Origin: Akkermansia muciniphila | GTDB lineage: Bacteria > Verrucomicrobiota > Verrucomicrobiia > Limisphaerales > SXQI01 | DNA length: 64,000 nt | Direction: 5' to 3' | Assembly: GCA_945867235.1 (NCBI GenBank) | Contig: CAMBHS010000002.1 | Coordinates: forward strand, 127-64,126 | Shown: positions 29,216 to 36,867 of the stretch, in pieces | Layout: every line of letters begins with the position of its first letter | Numbering within the stretch: the first letter of the stretch is position 1 | Program-made: the position numbers and the translations under genes | Notes under the pieces: model-generated | Seen by the model: only the letters and a program-made list of their open reading frames with translations | What the model was told of the DNA's origin: nothing | The model's database searches: none

Positions 29216-29955
29216 GAGGAGAGGCTGAGCCTAGTTCCGCTTTTGAGCCGGGCCGACCATCGGCTGCCGGTCATGTGTTTTGCCGCTAATCGTCGAGCTG
29301 TGTCAGCCCAGGGAAGCTGCAACTCCTCCGCCCAATGGACACAGAGCCGTGCCGCTTTGACACGCTGGCAGTGCCGCAGAACCAGCGAGAGAACCTCCGG
29401 ACGTAGTGCACGCACGCCTTCCATCATGTTCTTCGCTTCCTCGACGCCGTGGTGAATACCCACCTCACTGAGCATTTCTAGCAACGCACGCTCAGGGACA
29501 GAAACCGGCACGCCATCCGGCTGTTCCGGCAGTGGCTCCAAACCCGTTCCTACTGGCAGCATCAAGGCGAACGGTGTGCGAGTGGTGTATCGGGCGGGAA
29601 AGCGTTGCGTGAACCAATTCGGCAGGCGGATGTTGCCTTGTCCCCACAGGCAGAGCGGTTCCCGAGCCGGAACATTGTGTCCGAAACCCCGCCACACGAG
29701 TGCGGTCTTGCCGCCGACATGGAATCCATCGACATGGCGTGCCAAGAACTTCAGACAGTCGGCTTCACGCAGATTATCGTTGGGAAAACTGAACACCCCA
29801 CGCCCCAATCGGTTTAACCAATCGGACTTCAGGTAGTAATGAGCCAAGGCTGACGAGACCCCAAGCACTGCCAGTTGGGCAGTGTCCACCGGGGCACCTC
29901 GGGGCACTTCCGTCTGCAATCGACGGAGCAAATTATGTCTCGCAACTAAAGCCAT
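29212..29955 (-). CDS. abiEi: AbiEi-family antitoxin / transcriptional regulator (type IV TA system)
   Basis: The N-terminal winged-helix pattern is VDTAQLAVLGVSSALAHYYLKSDWLNRLGRGVFSFP. The protein is 247 aa. It lies immediately upstream of abiEii and is translationally coupled to it. Confidence 0.75.
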   Translation of the reverse strand: MALVARHNLLRRLQTEVPRGAPVDTAQLAVLGVSSALAHYYLKSDWLNRLGRGVFSFPNDNLREADCLKFLARHVDGFHVGGKTALVWRGFGHNVPAREPLCLWGQGNIRLPNWFTQRFPARYTTRTPFALMLPVGTGLEPLPEQPDGVPVSVPERALLEMLSEVGIHHGVEEAKNMMEGVRALRPEVLSLVLRHCQRVKAARLCVHWAEELQLPWADTARRLAAKHMTGSRWSARLKSGTRLSLSS

Positions 29956-30289
29956 GTTTTAACTGTAGCAAACAGATTATGCGTTTTGCAATCTATCAAT
30001 AAAACTCTCACCGATAAAGTTTCACCATAATGCAGGAGTATCCCCCCGCCGACGGAGCTCCATTCGCTCGATGGAGATCACGACCAAATGTGTGCTTCGA
30101 TTGAGTCCACACCGGCTCTACGCCCGACGAAGACTGTCATCGCGACCAGGTCAAAGAACTCCACCTTTTTCTTCATCACCTACCCATCCAATGGTTCATC
30201 CAACAAAACGCACTGAGATTTGAAAAACGATTCGGAAATATATCTCGCGGATTTCAAAATTAAGCCCAGCATGAAGCCACTAATCAAAT

Positions 30290-31105
30290 ATGAAGTTCTC
30301 CAGTGAACATTTTTCTATGATCGATCTCCCATCCTCAATTGTTTCCACGGTTTGCCTCGCTGGCAGTCTATTGCTCCCATTTTCAACCGGGCTTGCCGAC
30401 ATCGGTGTCGGAGCAAAAGCTCCCAAGGAATCCACGGTCTTGATCGATGGAAAACGATCTACCTTGGACGACAAATGGATCTATTGGGAAGGACCCGGAT
30501 TTAAGTCCGCCTTGCCGATCAAATGGAAAATCGTGAACGATCCAGTGGATAACGGCACTGTCGTGCAAACCGATGATCCTGTTGCAGCCGGTGGCAAGTA
30601 TGGCACCGCCGATATTGTCACCAAAAAAGCGTATCGAGATTTTCGGTTGCACATTGAATTCCTCATTTCCAAGCCGGGTGGCAACAGCGGTGTTTATTTG
30701 CAAAACCGTTATGAAATCCAAATCATGGATGGGGACAAAACCAAACACGGACTCGGCGCAGTCATCAACGAGAGCGATTCTCCCTATCACCTTTACAAAG
30801 GATTAGGACAATGGAACGCCTACGATATCAATTTTCGCGCGGCTCGATTCAAAGATGGGCTCATGGTGGAAAAACCTTTGGTCAGCATGTTTTTCAACGG
30901 CGTCAAAGCCCACACAAATCAGAAAATCAATCAGGTTTGGGGCGGACCGAATTCAGGAATTGACGGCGGAAATAATGGAGGCAAAGGGATTACCGATCTG
31001 CCCGGGGGGCTGAAGTTACAATGCGAAGGTCATGACGTGCGCTACCGCAATGCGTGGATTGTGGAGACTGACCTAAAAACTGCGGACTCAGATTTCAAGG
31101 AATAA
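30290..31105 (+). CDS. DUF1080 (3-keto-disaccharide hydrolase family) secreted protein
   Basis: A signal/anchor sequence is present. WKIVNDPVDNGTVVQT, DFRLHIEFLISKPGGNSGVYLQNRYEIQIMD, and LKLQCEGHDVRYRNAWIVE are typical of DUF1080. Confidence 0.8.
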   Translation: MKFSSEHFSMIDLPSSIVSTVCLAGSLLLPFSTGLADIGVGAKAPKESTVLIDGKRSTLDDKWIYWEGPGFKSALPIKWKIVNDPVDNGTVVQTDDPVAAGGKYGTADIVTKKAYRDFRLHIEFLISKPGGNSGVYLQNRYEIQIMDGDKTKHGLGAVINESDSPYHLYKGLGQWNAYDINFRAARFKDGLMVEKPLVSMFFNGVKAHTNQKINQVWGGPNSGIDGGNNGGKGITDLPGGLKLQCEGHDVRYRNAWIVETDLKTADSDFKE

Positions 31106-31141
31106 CACGAATCGTTGGTGAAATACCCCACGCAAACGGTT

Positions 31142-31369
31142 TTAGTCCGGCGAAGGTTGATCTTTCGCCGGACTTTTTGATTCTTCCGCCGAGAGCAAAA
31201 GGGCACCTTTGATCAAACGGCAGAATTCTTTTTTTTGGACTGTGTGATGGGTTCCATCGCGAGTTGTGAAATCCTGAATAAATTTATACTCCACCTCGAG
31301 GCGCTCGCATCGTACGATTCGGTAATATCCATCCGATGCTTTCCAGACCTGACCTTGTTGCAATTTCAT
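31142..31369 (-). CDS. Hypothetical small protein (75 aa), doubtful
   Basis: The ORF reads MKLQQGQVWKASDGYYRIVRCERLEVEYKF... I recognise no family. Its last 12 codons are encoded by the plus-strand terminator hairpin, which lowers confidence. The ORF-track start at 31474 is also possible. Confidence 0.3.
   Translation of the reverse strand: MKLQQGQVWKASDGYYRIVRCERLEVEYKFIQDFTTRDGTHHTVQKKEFCRLIKGALLLSAEESKSPAKDQPSPD
31144..31178 (+). terminator. Rho-independent terminator for the DUF1080 gene
   Basis: A perfect 11-bp stem pairs AGTCCGGCGAA (31144-31154) with TTCGCCGGACT (31164-31174) around a 9-nt loop, followed by TTTTTG. It starts 39 bp after the stop codon. Confidence 0.8.
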
Positions 31370-31539
31370 GAAGGGGATTGTTAAGGAGGGTTTGGAAAAA
31401 GAAAATGGCAATCCCTCGACGATGAATTGAGATTCCGCCAAGGTTGGCAACGACACAAAACACCGCACAGACATCCATTGCTGGATCTGTGAAGGATTCC
31501 GCGTCGCAGAAACCGAGTATAATGTGCCTGTTACGGCAA

Positions 31540-32892
31540 TTATAGACTCCAGCCGGGACGAAAATCGGGTTTCACGAGACGGTTCAGTGCTTCGTTATTG
31601 GTCACGCGCATTGCGGCACCATCCCAGATTATTTTTTCCTGGGATCGAACCGCGAGAGTACCAACTAGGATGGACTCGGTGAAGGGACCCGCATAATCAA
31701 AATTCGACATCGCCGGGACCCCGCCTTTGCAAGCCTGTATCCACTCGATATGATGACCCGGGGAACGAGGTATTGTTGGGGTTGGGGCAACGTATCCTTT
31801 AAAATCAGTCTCGGGCAACAAGGAGAATTCTGCTCCGTAATCATTGGGCGAAAACAAAACTCCTTTGTCGCCCACGAGTAGAAGTCCACTGTCGGACAAC
31901 TTTTCAGGAAGTTTTACACCGTTCCCCACATAACGCGGGGGACGATTTCCGCCATCATACCAATAATAGGTCACGGCAGGCATATCTCCGCGGGCAGGGA
32001 ATTCATACTTGATGATCGATTTGCCAGCGTAGGTCTCGTGATTTGTATCCGTGGAAACCATCGCTTCGGCACTCGTCGGATGAGTCAGTTTGAGAGCCAT
32101 GAAAGCGAGATTCGCCGTATGACAAGCCATGTCTCCGATGGCACCTGTTCCGAAATCGAACCAACCACGCCATTTGAAAGGCACGTAGGCTGGGTTGTAA
32201 GGGCGACTGGCAGCAGGTCCGAGCCAGAGATCCCAATCCAGGGTTGAAGGAACAGCAACCGTATCGCTGGGACGTTTCATGATTCCTTGCGGCCAAACGG
32301 GGCGGTTGGTCCACACATGGACCTCTCTCACCGGCCCGATGGCACCGGATTGAATGATTTCGACACCCCTGCGTAAACCAGAATTCGCCGTCCCTTGGTT
32401 ACCCATCTGCGTCGCAACGCCCATTTCCTTGGCCACTTCGCGCATGACTCGGGCCTCATAAATCGAACGCGTGAGGGGTTTCTCGCAATAACAATGTTTG
32501 CCCATCCTCATTGCCATCACGCTGGCAACCGCATGCGTGTGATCGGGGGTTGCCACCACAACGGCGTCAATATCCTTCATTTCCTGCAACATTTTGCGGA
32601 AATCTTTGTAGGGCTTTGCGTCGGGGAATTTTTTGAACTGCCCTGCAGCCTGTGCCCAATCTACGTCACACAAGGCGACAATGTTTTCGCTTTTAACCCC
32701 ATCGGTATCCCCAGCCCCACGACCCCCTGCACCGATGACCGCGATATTGAGTTTACTATTGGCGGAAACCTTGCGTGGAGCAGCTCCAGATTTGGACAGC
32801 CAAATGTTCGGCAGTAACGCGGCACCTGTAGCGAGCACAGAAGTGTTGGCGAAAAAACGTCGTCGAGAGATTGGGGAGAGCGAGTGGTTCAT
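31540..32892 (-). CDS. Gfo/Idh/MocA family oxidoreductase with twin-arginine (TAT) signal, periplasmic
   Basis: The TAT motif is MNHSLSPISRRRFFANTSVLATGAALL. The Rossmann fold is LNIAVIGAGGRGAGD and the EKP motif is in CYCEKPLTRS. I set the start at the ATG at 32892. Confidence 0.85.
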   Translation of the reverse strand: MNHSLSPISRRRFFANTSVLATGAALLPNIWLSKSGAAPRKVSANSKLNIAVIGAGGRGAGDTDGVKSENIVALCDVDWAQAAGQFKKFPDAKPYKDFRKMLQEMKDIDAVVVATPDHTHAVASVMAMRMGKHCYCEKPLTRSIYEARVMREVAKEMGVATQMGNQGTANSGLRRGVEIIQSGAIGPVREVHVWTNRPVWPQGIMKRPSDTVAVPSTLDWDLWLGPAASRPYNPAYVPFKWRGWFDFGTGAIGDMACHTANLAFMALKLTHPTSAEAMVSTDTNHETYAGKSIIKYEFPARGDMPAVTYYWYDGGNRPPRYVGNGVKLPEKLSDSGLLLVGDKGVLFSPNDYGAEFSLLPETDFKGYVAPTPTIPRSPGHHIEWIQACKGGVPAMSNFDYAGPFTESILVGTLAVRSQEKIIWDGAAMRVTNNEALNRLVKPDFRPGWSL

Positions 32893-33006
32893 GTGTTTAT
32901 TCCACATGGACTCTGAAAAAACGTCAACACAATCCTGAGCAAAAATCACGAATAAAATTGACGCAGAGCCCCAGTTAAGTTGAATGCACTCATCCTGAAA
33001 CGAACT

Positions 33007-33837
33007 ATGAATATATCCCTAAGAAAGTTTTTCCGCCTCGGCGCACTGTTGGCTACTTTGGTCGTGTTTCAATCGCCCGTCACCCATGCTGCGGGTGAGG
33101 AGGTGAAACTTGGTGTGCAAACTTGGACGCTCCGAAATCTGAACTTCGATCAAGTGGTGGAATTTTGCGTGAAGCACAAGATCAAGTATTTGGAAGTGAT
33201 CGGCAACCACATGGATCCCAAAGCTCCCATTCAGGAAACGGCTCGGAAAAAAGCGATTCTTGAGAAGAACGGGCTCGTCGTCTATAGCTTCGGGGTTGCA
33301 GGCACCTCATCGAACAAGGAAGAGGATCGCAAACTGTTTGAGTTCGCGAAATACATGGGCATCAAAGTCATCATCATTGAACCTGGAGACTTCAAAACGT
33401 TGGATCACATCGAAGAGCTTGTGAAGGAGTATGACATTAAAGTGGCGATTCATAATCATGGGATCAAATCGAATTACGGCAATCCAGGGGTTGTCCGTAA
33501 TCTGTTGCAGCATCGTGACCAGCGGATTGGAGTTTGCCTGGATACAGGATGGATCACGAGTGCCCGATTTGACGCTGCCACTGTTTACAATGAATACAAA
33601 GGGCGCGTGTATGACATTCACCTCAAGGATAAAAAAGTTCATGCGACGGAAAACGGGGACGTTGCGACTGACACATTTGTTGGAGAAGGCAGCACGAATC
33701 TGAAAGCCCTTTTCAAAGTGCTCAAGGAGAGCGGTTATCCCGGAGTTCTCGCCATCGAAACGGATAACAATCTCAAAGACCCCACCGAGCATATGACCAA
33801 AGCGATCCAATTCGTTGCGGAGAATTATCCAAAATAA
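33007..33837 (+). CDS. Secreted xylose isomerase-like TIM-barrel protein (sugar phosphate isomerase/epimerase family)
   Basis: The signal peptide is MNISLRKFFRLGALLATLVVFQSPVTHA. Blocks are GVQTWTLRN, VAIHNHG, GVCLDTGW, IHLKD, and LAIE. I set the start at 33007; the ORF track gives 32980. Confidence 0.7.
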   Translation: MNISLRKFFRLGALLATLVVFQSPVTHAAGEEVKLGVQTWTLRNLNFDQVVEFCVKHKIKYLEVIGNHMDPKAPIQETARKKAILEKNGLVVYSFGVAGTSSNKEEDRKLFEFAKYMGIKVIIIEPGDFKTLDHIEELVKEYDIKVAIHNHGIKSNYGNPGVVRNLLQHRDQRIGVCLDTGWITSARFDAATVYNEYKGRVYDIHLKDKKVHATENGDVATDTFVGEGSTNLKALFKVLKESGYPGVLAIETDNNLKDPTEHMTKAIQFVAENYPK

Positions 33838-33889
33838 TCCCGATCACGACTACGGATCGCTTTCCTGATCAATCCAGATCAACCCGACA

Positions 33890-33919
33890 TTGACAGAGGA
33901 ATGCGGTTGGTTATAGAAT
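33890..33919 (+). promoter_or_regulatory. Candidate sigma70-like promoter of the fur-family gene
   Basis: TTGACA lies at 33890-33895, with TATAGA at 33912-33917 and TAGAAT at 33914-19 (16-18 bp spacing). This is about 60 bp upstream of the GTG start. The -10 region overlaps an ATAGAAT half-site related to the operator at 34461. Whether this phylum uses this promoter consensus is an assumption. Confidence 0.35.
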
Positions 33920-33979
33920 TCGCACATAACTTCCGACTGTACATCTGCGGTTGAACGACCCCACCTGACCAAAAGTCTG

Positions 33980-34387
33980 GTGGACTCAGGGCTGCGCTGT
34001 ACCCCCCAACGATTGGAAGTCTTTGACGTGGTAACTCAAAGCGCAGATCACCCGACGGCGGAGGAGATTTTTAGCCGTGCAAAAAAATCGATGCCGGACC
34101 TTTCCTTTGCCACGGTATACAATTGCCTGAGCACTTTGGTGCAACACGGCTTGGTTCGACAGGTATCGCTGGATCGTTCCCCGGCGCGATTTTGTCCCAA
34201 CATGCGTGAGCATTGTCATTTTTACTGCGACAAATGCGGGGCAGTTCTTGATATCGACATTCCCAAAGGAAGCGGGGTGCAATTACTGCCCCTGCCGGAA
34301 GGATTAGGAATCTCCTCATACAGCCTTTCAATTCGCGGGACATGTGCCCCATGTAACATGGCGGCAGCGAAGCCGAGTTGCCATTGA
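33980..34387 (+). CDS. Fur-family metalloregulator (Fur/PerR/Zur type)
   Basis: The DNA-binding domain is RCTPQRLEVFDVVTQSADHPTAEEIFSRAKKSMPDLSFATVYNCLSTLVQHGLV. A HCHF motif and two CxxC pairs (CDKC and CAPC) are present. The start is GTG. The metal specificity cannot be called. Confidence 0.8.
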   Translation: MDSGLRCTPQRLEVFDVVTQSADHPTAEEIFSRAKKSMPDLSFATVYNCLSTLVQHGLVRQVSLDRSPARFCPNMREHCHFYCDKCGAVLDIDIPKGSGVQLLPLPEGLGISSYSLSIRGTCAPCNMAAAKPSCH

Positions 34388-34460
34388 TTGAGACACAAAG
34401 TGGGTTTCACCGTCAATTTCCGACAATTAAAACTGGACAAGAAGGCGTGTTAGTTCCAGT

Positions 34461-34475
34461 TTAGAATGATTCTAA
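34461..34475. promoter_or_regulatory. Perfect 7-1-7 inverted repeat TTAGAATGATTCTAA, a candidate Fur-family operator upstream of sufB
   Basis: Read directly from the sequence. It has the same xxxxAAT-N-ATTxxxx architecture as the Bacillus Fur, PerR and Zur boxes, and differs from the PerR box TTATAATNATTATAA at one position per half-site. A related palindrome, AGAATTCT, lies at 34479-34486. The repeat is 105 bp upstream of the sufB ATG. Confidence 0.55.
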
Positions 34476-34579
34476 ATAAGAATTCTGTGTAAAATCCCAA
34501 CAGACGATTTTAATGCAGACCTTCATTGATATCGCTCGCACGGTCGGGATGGGTATCAAGGGTGATGATAGTTTGAAGT

Positions 34580-36028
34580 ATGAGCACTTCCACAGAAACA
34601 ATCGAACAATTTGTAAATCGAGAGTATCAATACGGTTTTGTCACCGATATTGAAACGGATATGGCTCCGCGAGGTCTGAGCGAGGACACGGTGCGGCTGA
34701 TTTCATCCAAAAAAGGGGAACCTGATTTTCTATTGGAATGGAGGCTCAAAGCGTATCGGTATTGGTTAACGATGAAGGAACCAGTCTGGCCGAATGTTTA
34801 TTACCCCAAGATAGACTACCAGAACATCATTTACTATTCCGCACCGAAACAGAAAACCGATGGACCGAAAAGTTTGGATGAGGTGGATCCCAAGTTGATC
34901 GAGACCTACAAAAAACTAGGGATTCCGTTACGGGAACAGGCGCGATTGGCTGGAGTCGCGGTGGATGCGGTGTTCGACAGCGTTTCTGTAGCGACGACGT
35001 TCAAGGGGAAATTGGGGGAGATGGGGATTATTTTCTGCTCATTCAGTGAGGCGGTGAAGGAGCATCCTGAACTGATCAAGAAATACCTAGGCTCGGTGGT
35101 GCCTTATACGGACAACTATTTCGCGGCCTTGAATTCGGCAGTTTATAGTGACGGATCGTTTTGTTACATCCCCAAAGGGGTGAAGTGCCCGATGGAGTTA
35201 TCCACCTATTTTCGCATCAATTCAGCGGACACGGGGCAGTTCGAACGCACACTGATTGTGGCGGAAGAAGGGTCCAGCGTGAGCTACCTCGAAGGTTGCA
35301 CCGCACCGCGACGCGACACGAACCAATTGCATGCTGCCGTCGTGGAAATCGTGGCAATGGATCGGGCGGATGTAAAATATTCGACGGTTCAAAACTGGTA
35401 TCCCGGGGATGAAATGGGACGGGGCGGGATTTATAATTTTGTCACGAAACGAGGGTTGTGCAAGGGGGTGAGTTCCAAAATATCATGGACGCAGGTGGAA
35501 ACGGGATCGGCGATCACATGGAAATATCCGAGCGTGATTCTCAAGGGTGACAATAGTGTGGGCGAGTTTTACTCCGTGGCGTTGACGACCAATTATCAAC
35601 AAGCCGATACGGGAACCAAGATGGTCCACATTGGCAAGAACACGCGGAGCACGATCATCTCGAAGGGGATTTCCGCCGGGCGCGGGCAGAATAGTTATCG
35701 CGGACAGGTGAAGGTGATGCGGAGTGCCGAAGGTTCGCGGAATTTCTCCCAATGCGATTCGTTGCTGCTCGGAGATAAATGTGGAGCCCATACCTTTCCT
35801 TATATCGAGGTGAAAAATACTTCATCGACTGTGGAGCATGAGGCTTCCACATCAAAAATCGGCGAGGACCAGATTTTTTATTGCCGTCAACGGGGGCTGT
35901 CCACGCAGGACGCGATCAACATGATTGTGAACGGTTACTGCAAGGAGGTTTTCCGACAACTTCCGATGGAATTCGCCGTTGAAGCTCAAAAGTTATTGGG
36001 CGTGAGCCTGGAAGGCAGTGTCGGTTAA
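34580..36028 (+). CDS. sufB: Fe-S cluster assembly scaffold protein SufB
   Basis: 482 aa. It contains [23 protein letters not shown] and a conserved C-terminal beta-helix region. sufC and sufD follow. Confidence 0.9.
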   Translation: MSTSTETIEQFVNREYQYGFVTDIETDMAPRGLSEDTVRLISSKKGEPDFLLEWRLKAYRYWLTMKEPVWPNVYYPKIDYQNIIYYSAPKQKTDGPKSLDEVDPKLIETYKKLGIPLREQARLAGVAVDAVFDSVSVATTFKGKLGEMGIIFCSFSEAVKEHPELIKKYLGSVVPYTDNYFAALNSAVYSDGSFCYIPKGVKCPMELSTYFRINSADTGQFERTLIVAEEGSSVSYLEGCTAPRRDTNQLHAAVVEIVAMDRADVKYSTVQNWYPGDEMGRGGIYNFVTKRGLCKGVSSKISWTQVETGSAITWKYPSVILKGDNSVGEFYSVALTTNYQQADTGTKMVHIGKNTRSTIISKGISAGRGQNSYRGQVKVMRSAEGSRNFSQCDSLLLGDKCGAHTFPYIEVKNTSSTVEHEASTSKIGEDQIFYCRQRGLSTQDAINMIVNGYCKEVFRQLPMEFAVEAQKLLGVSLEGSVG

Positions 36029-36073
36029 CAAGCCTGTTGCTGCGGAATCTCTATCATTTTAAAGAATTTGAAT

Positions 36074-36865
36074 ATGTTGGAAATCAAGAACCTGCATGCG
36101 CAGGTCGAAGGAAAGAAAATCCTGAAAGGGTTGAATTTAACCATTCAGCCCGGAGAAGTTCACGCCATCATGGGGCCGAACGGGAGCGGTAAAAGCACTC
36201 TGGCGCAAGTGTTGGCGGGGCGTGATGCGTATGATGTCACCGAAGGTAAGGTGATTTACAACGGGTTGGATCTACTCGATATGGAACCTGAGGAGAGAGC
36301 CCGGGCGGGCGTGTTTCTCGCGTTCCAATACCCGGTGGAAATCCCTGGTGTCAACAGCACCTATTTTTTGAAAGCCGCATTCAATGAGGTGCGCAAACAT
36401 CGTGGTGAAGCTGAACTCGATGCCATTGATTTTTTGAATCTGGTCAAAGAGAAGATGAAGGTTTTGGAACTTCCTCAATCTCTATTAAATCGTCCGGTCA
36501 ACGAAGGGTTTTCCGGCGGTGAAAAAAAGCGCAACGAAATTTTCCAGATGGCGGTGCTCGACCCTAAACTGGCCATTCTGGATGAAACTGATTCCGGACT
36601 GGATATTGATGCGTTACGGCTCGTGGCCGAGGGGGTGAACAAACTCAAACGTCCGGACAACGCGCAATTGATCATCACGCATTACCAGCGTTTACTCGAC
36701 TATATCGTGCCCGACTTTGTGCATGTTTTGTATGATGGAAGGATTATCAAAACAGGAGAGAAACGGCTGGCTCTTGATCTTGAGGAACGCGGCTATGATT
36801 GGTTGCTGGCAGAATATCGTTCCCAAACAACAGAGACGCCCTCGGGTCTGGTTGGTGCGAGGTAA
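36074..36865 (+). CDS. sufC: Fe-S cluster assembly ATPase SufC
   Basis: The Walker A motif is GPNGSGKST, the ABC signature is FSGGEKKR, and the Walker B motif is [13 protein letters not shown] set the start at the ATG at 36074. Confidence 0.9.
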   Translation: MLEIKNLHAQVEGKKILKGLNLTIQPGEVHAIMGPNGSGKSTLAQVLAGRDAYDVTEGKVIYNGLDLLDMEPEERARAGVFLAFQYPVEIPGVNSTYFLKAAFNEVRKHRGEAELDAIDFLNLVKEKMKVLELPQSLLNRPVNEGFSGGEKKRNEIFQMAVLDPKLAILDETDSGLDIDALRLVAEGVNKLKRPDNAQLIITHYQRLLDYIVPDFVHVLYDGRIIKTGEKRLALDLEERGYDWLLAEYRSQTTETPSGLVGAR

Positions 36866-36867
36866 GT

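Noticed and set aside
28111-30289. A complete mobile element (integrase, transposase, att or direct repeats, tRNA target) around the AbiE cassette.
   Set aside because: I saw no recombinase-like ORF, no tRNA, and no shared flanking repeat of 10 bp or more when comparing 28111-28279 with 29956-30289. Only the compositional jump supports foreign origin, so I did not call a mobile_element feature.
31370-31474. The longer 110-aa version of the small minus-strand ORF, and more generally the N-terminal extensions given by the ORF track (for example 9719-11659, 240-965, 8139-9686, 12063-12839, 15156-16670, 36799-38223, 53567-54274).
   Set aside because: In each case, conserved family sequence begins at an internal ATG. 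The upstream extension is low-complexity or overlaps the preceding gene. I trimmed the starts accordingly, though the exact starts remain uncertain.
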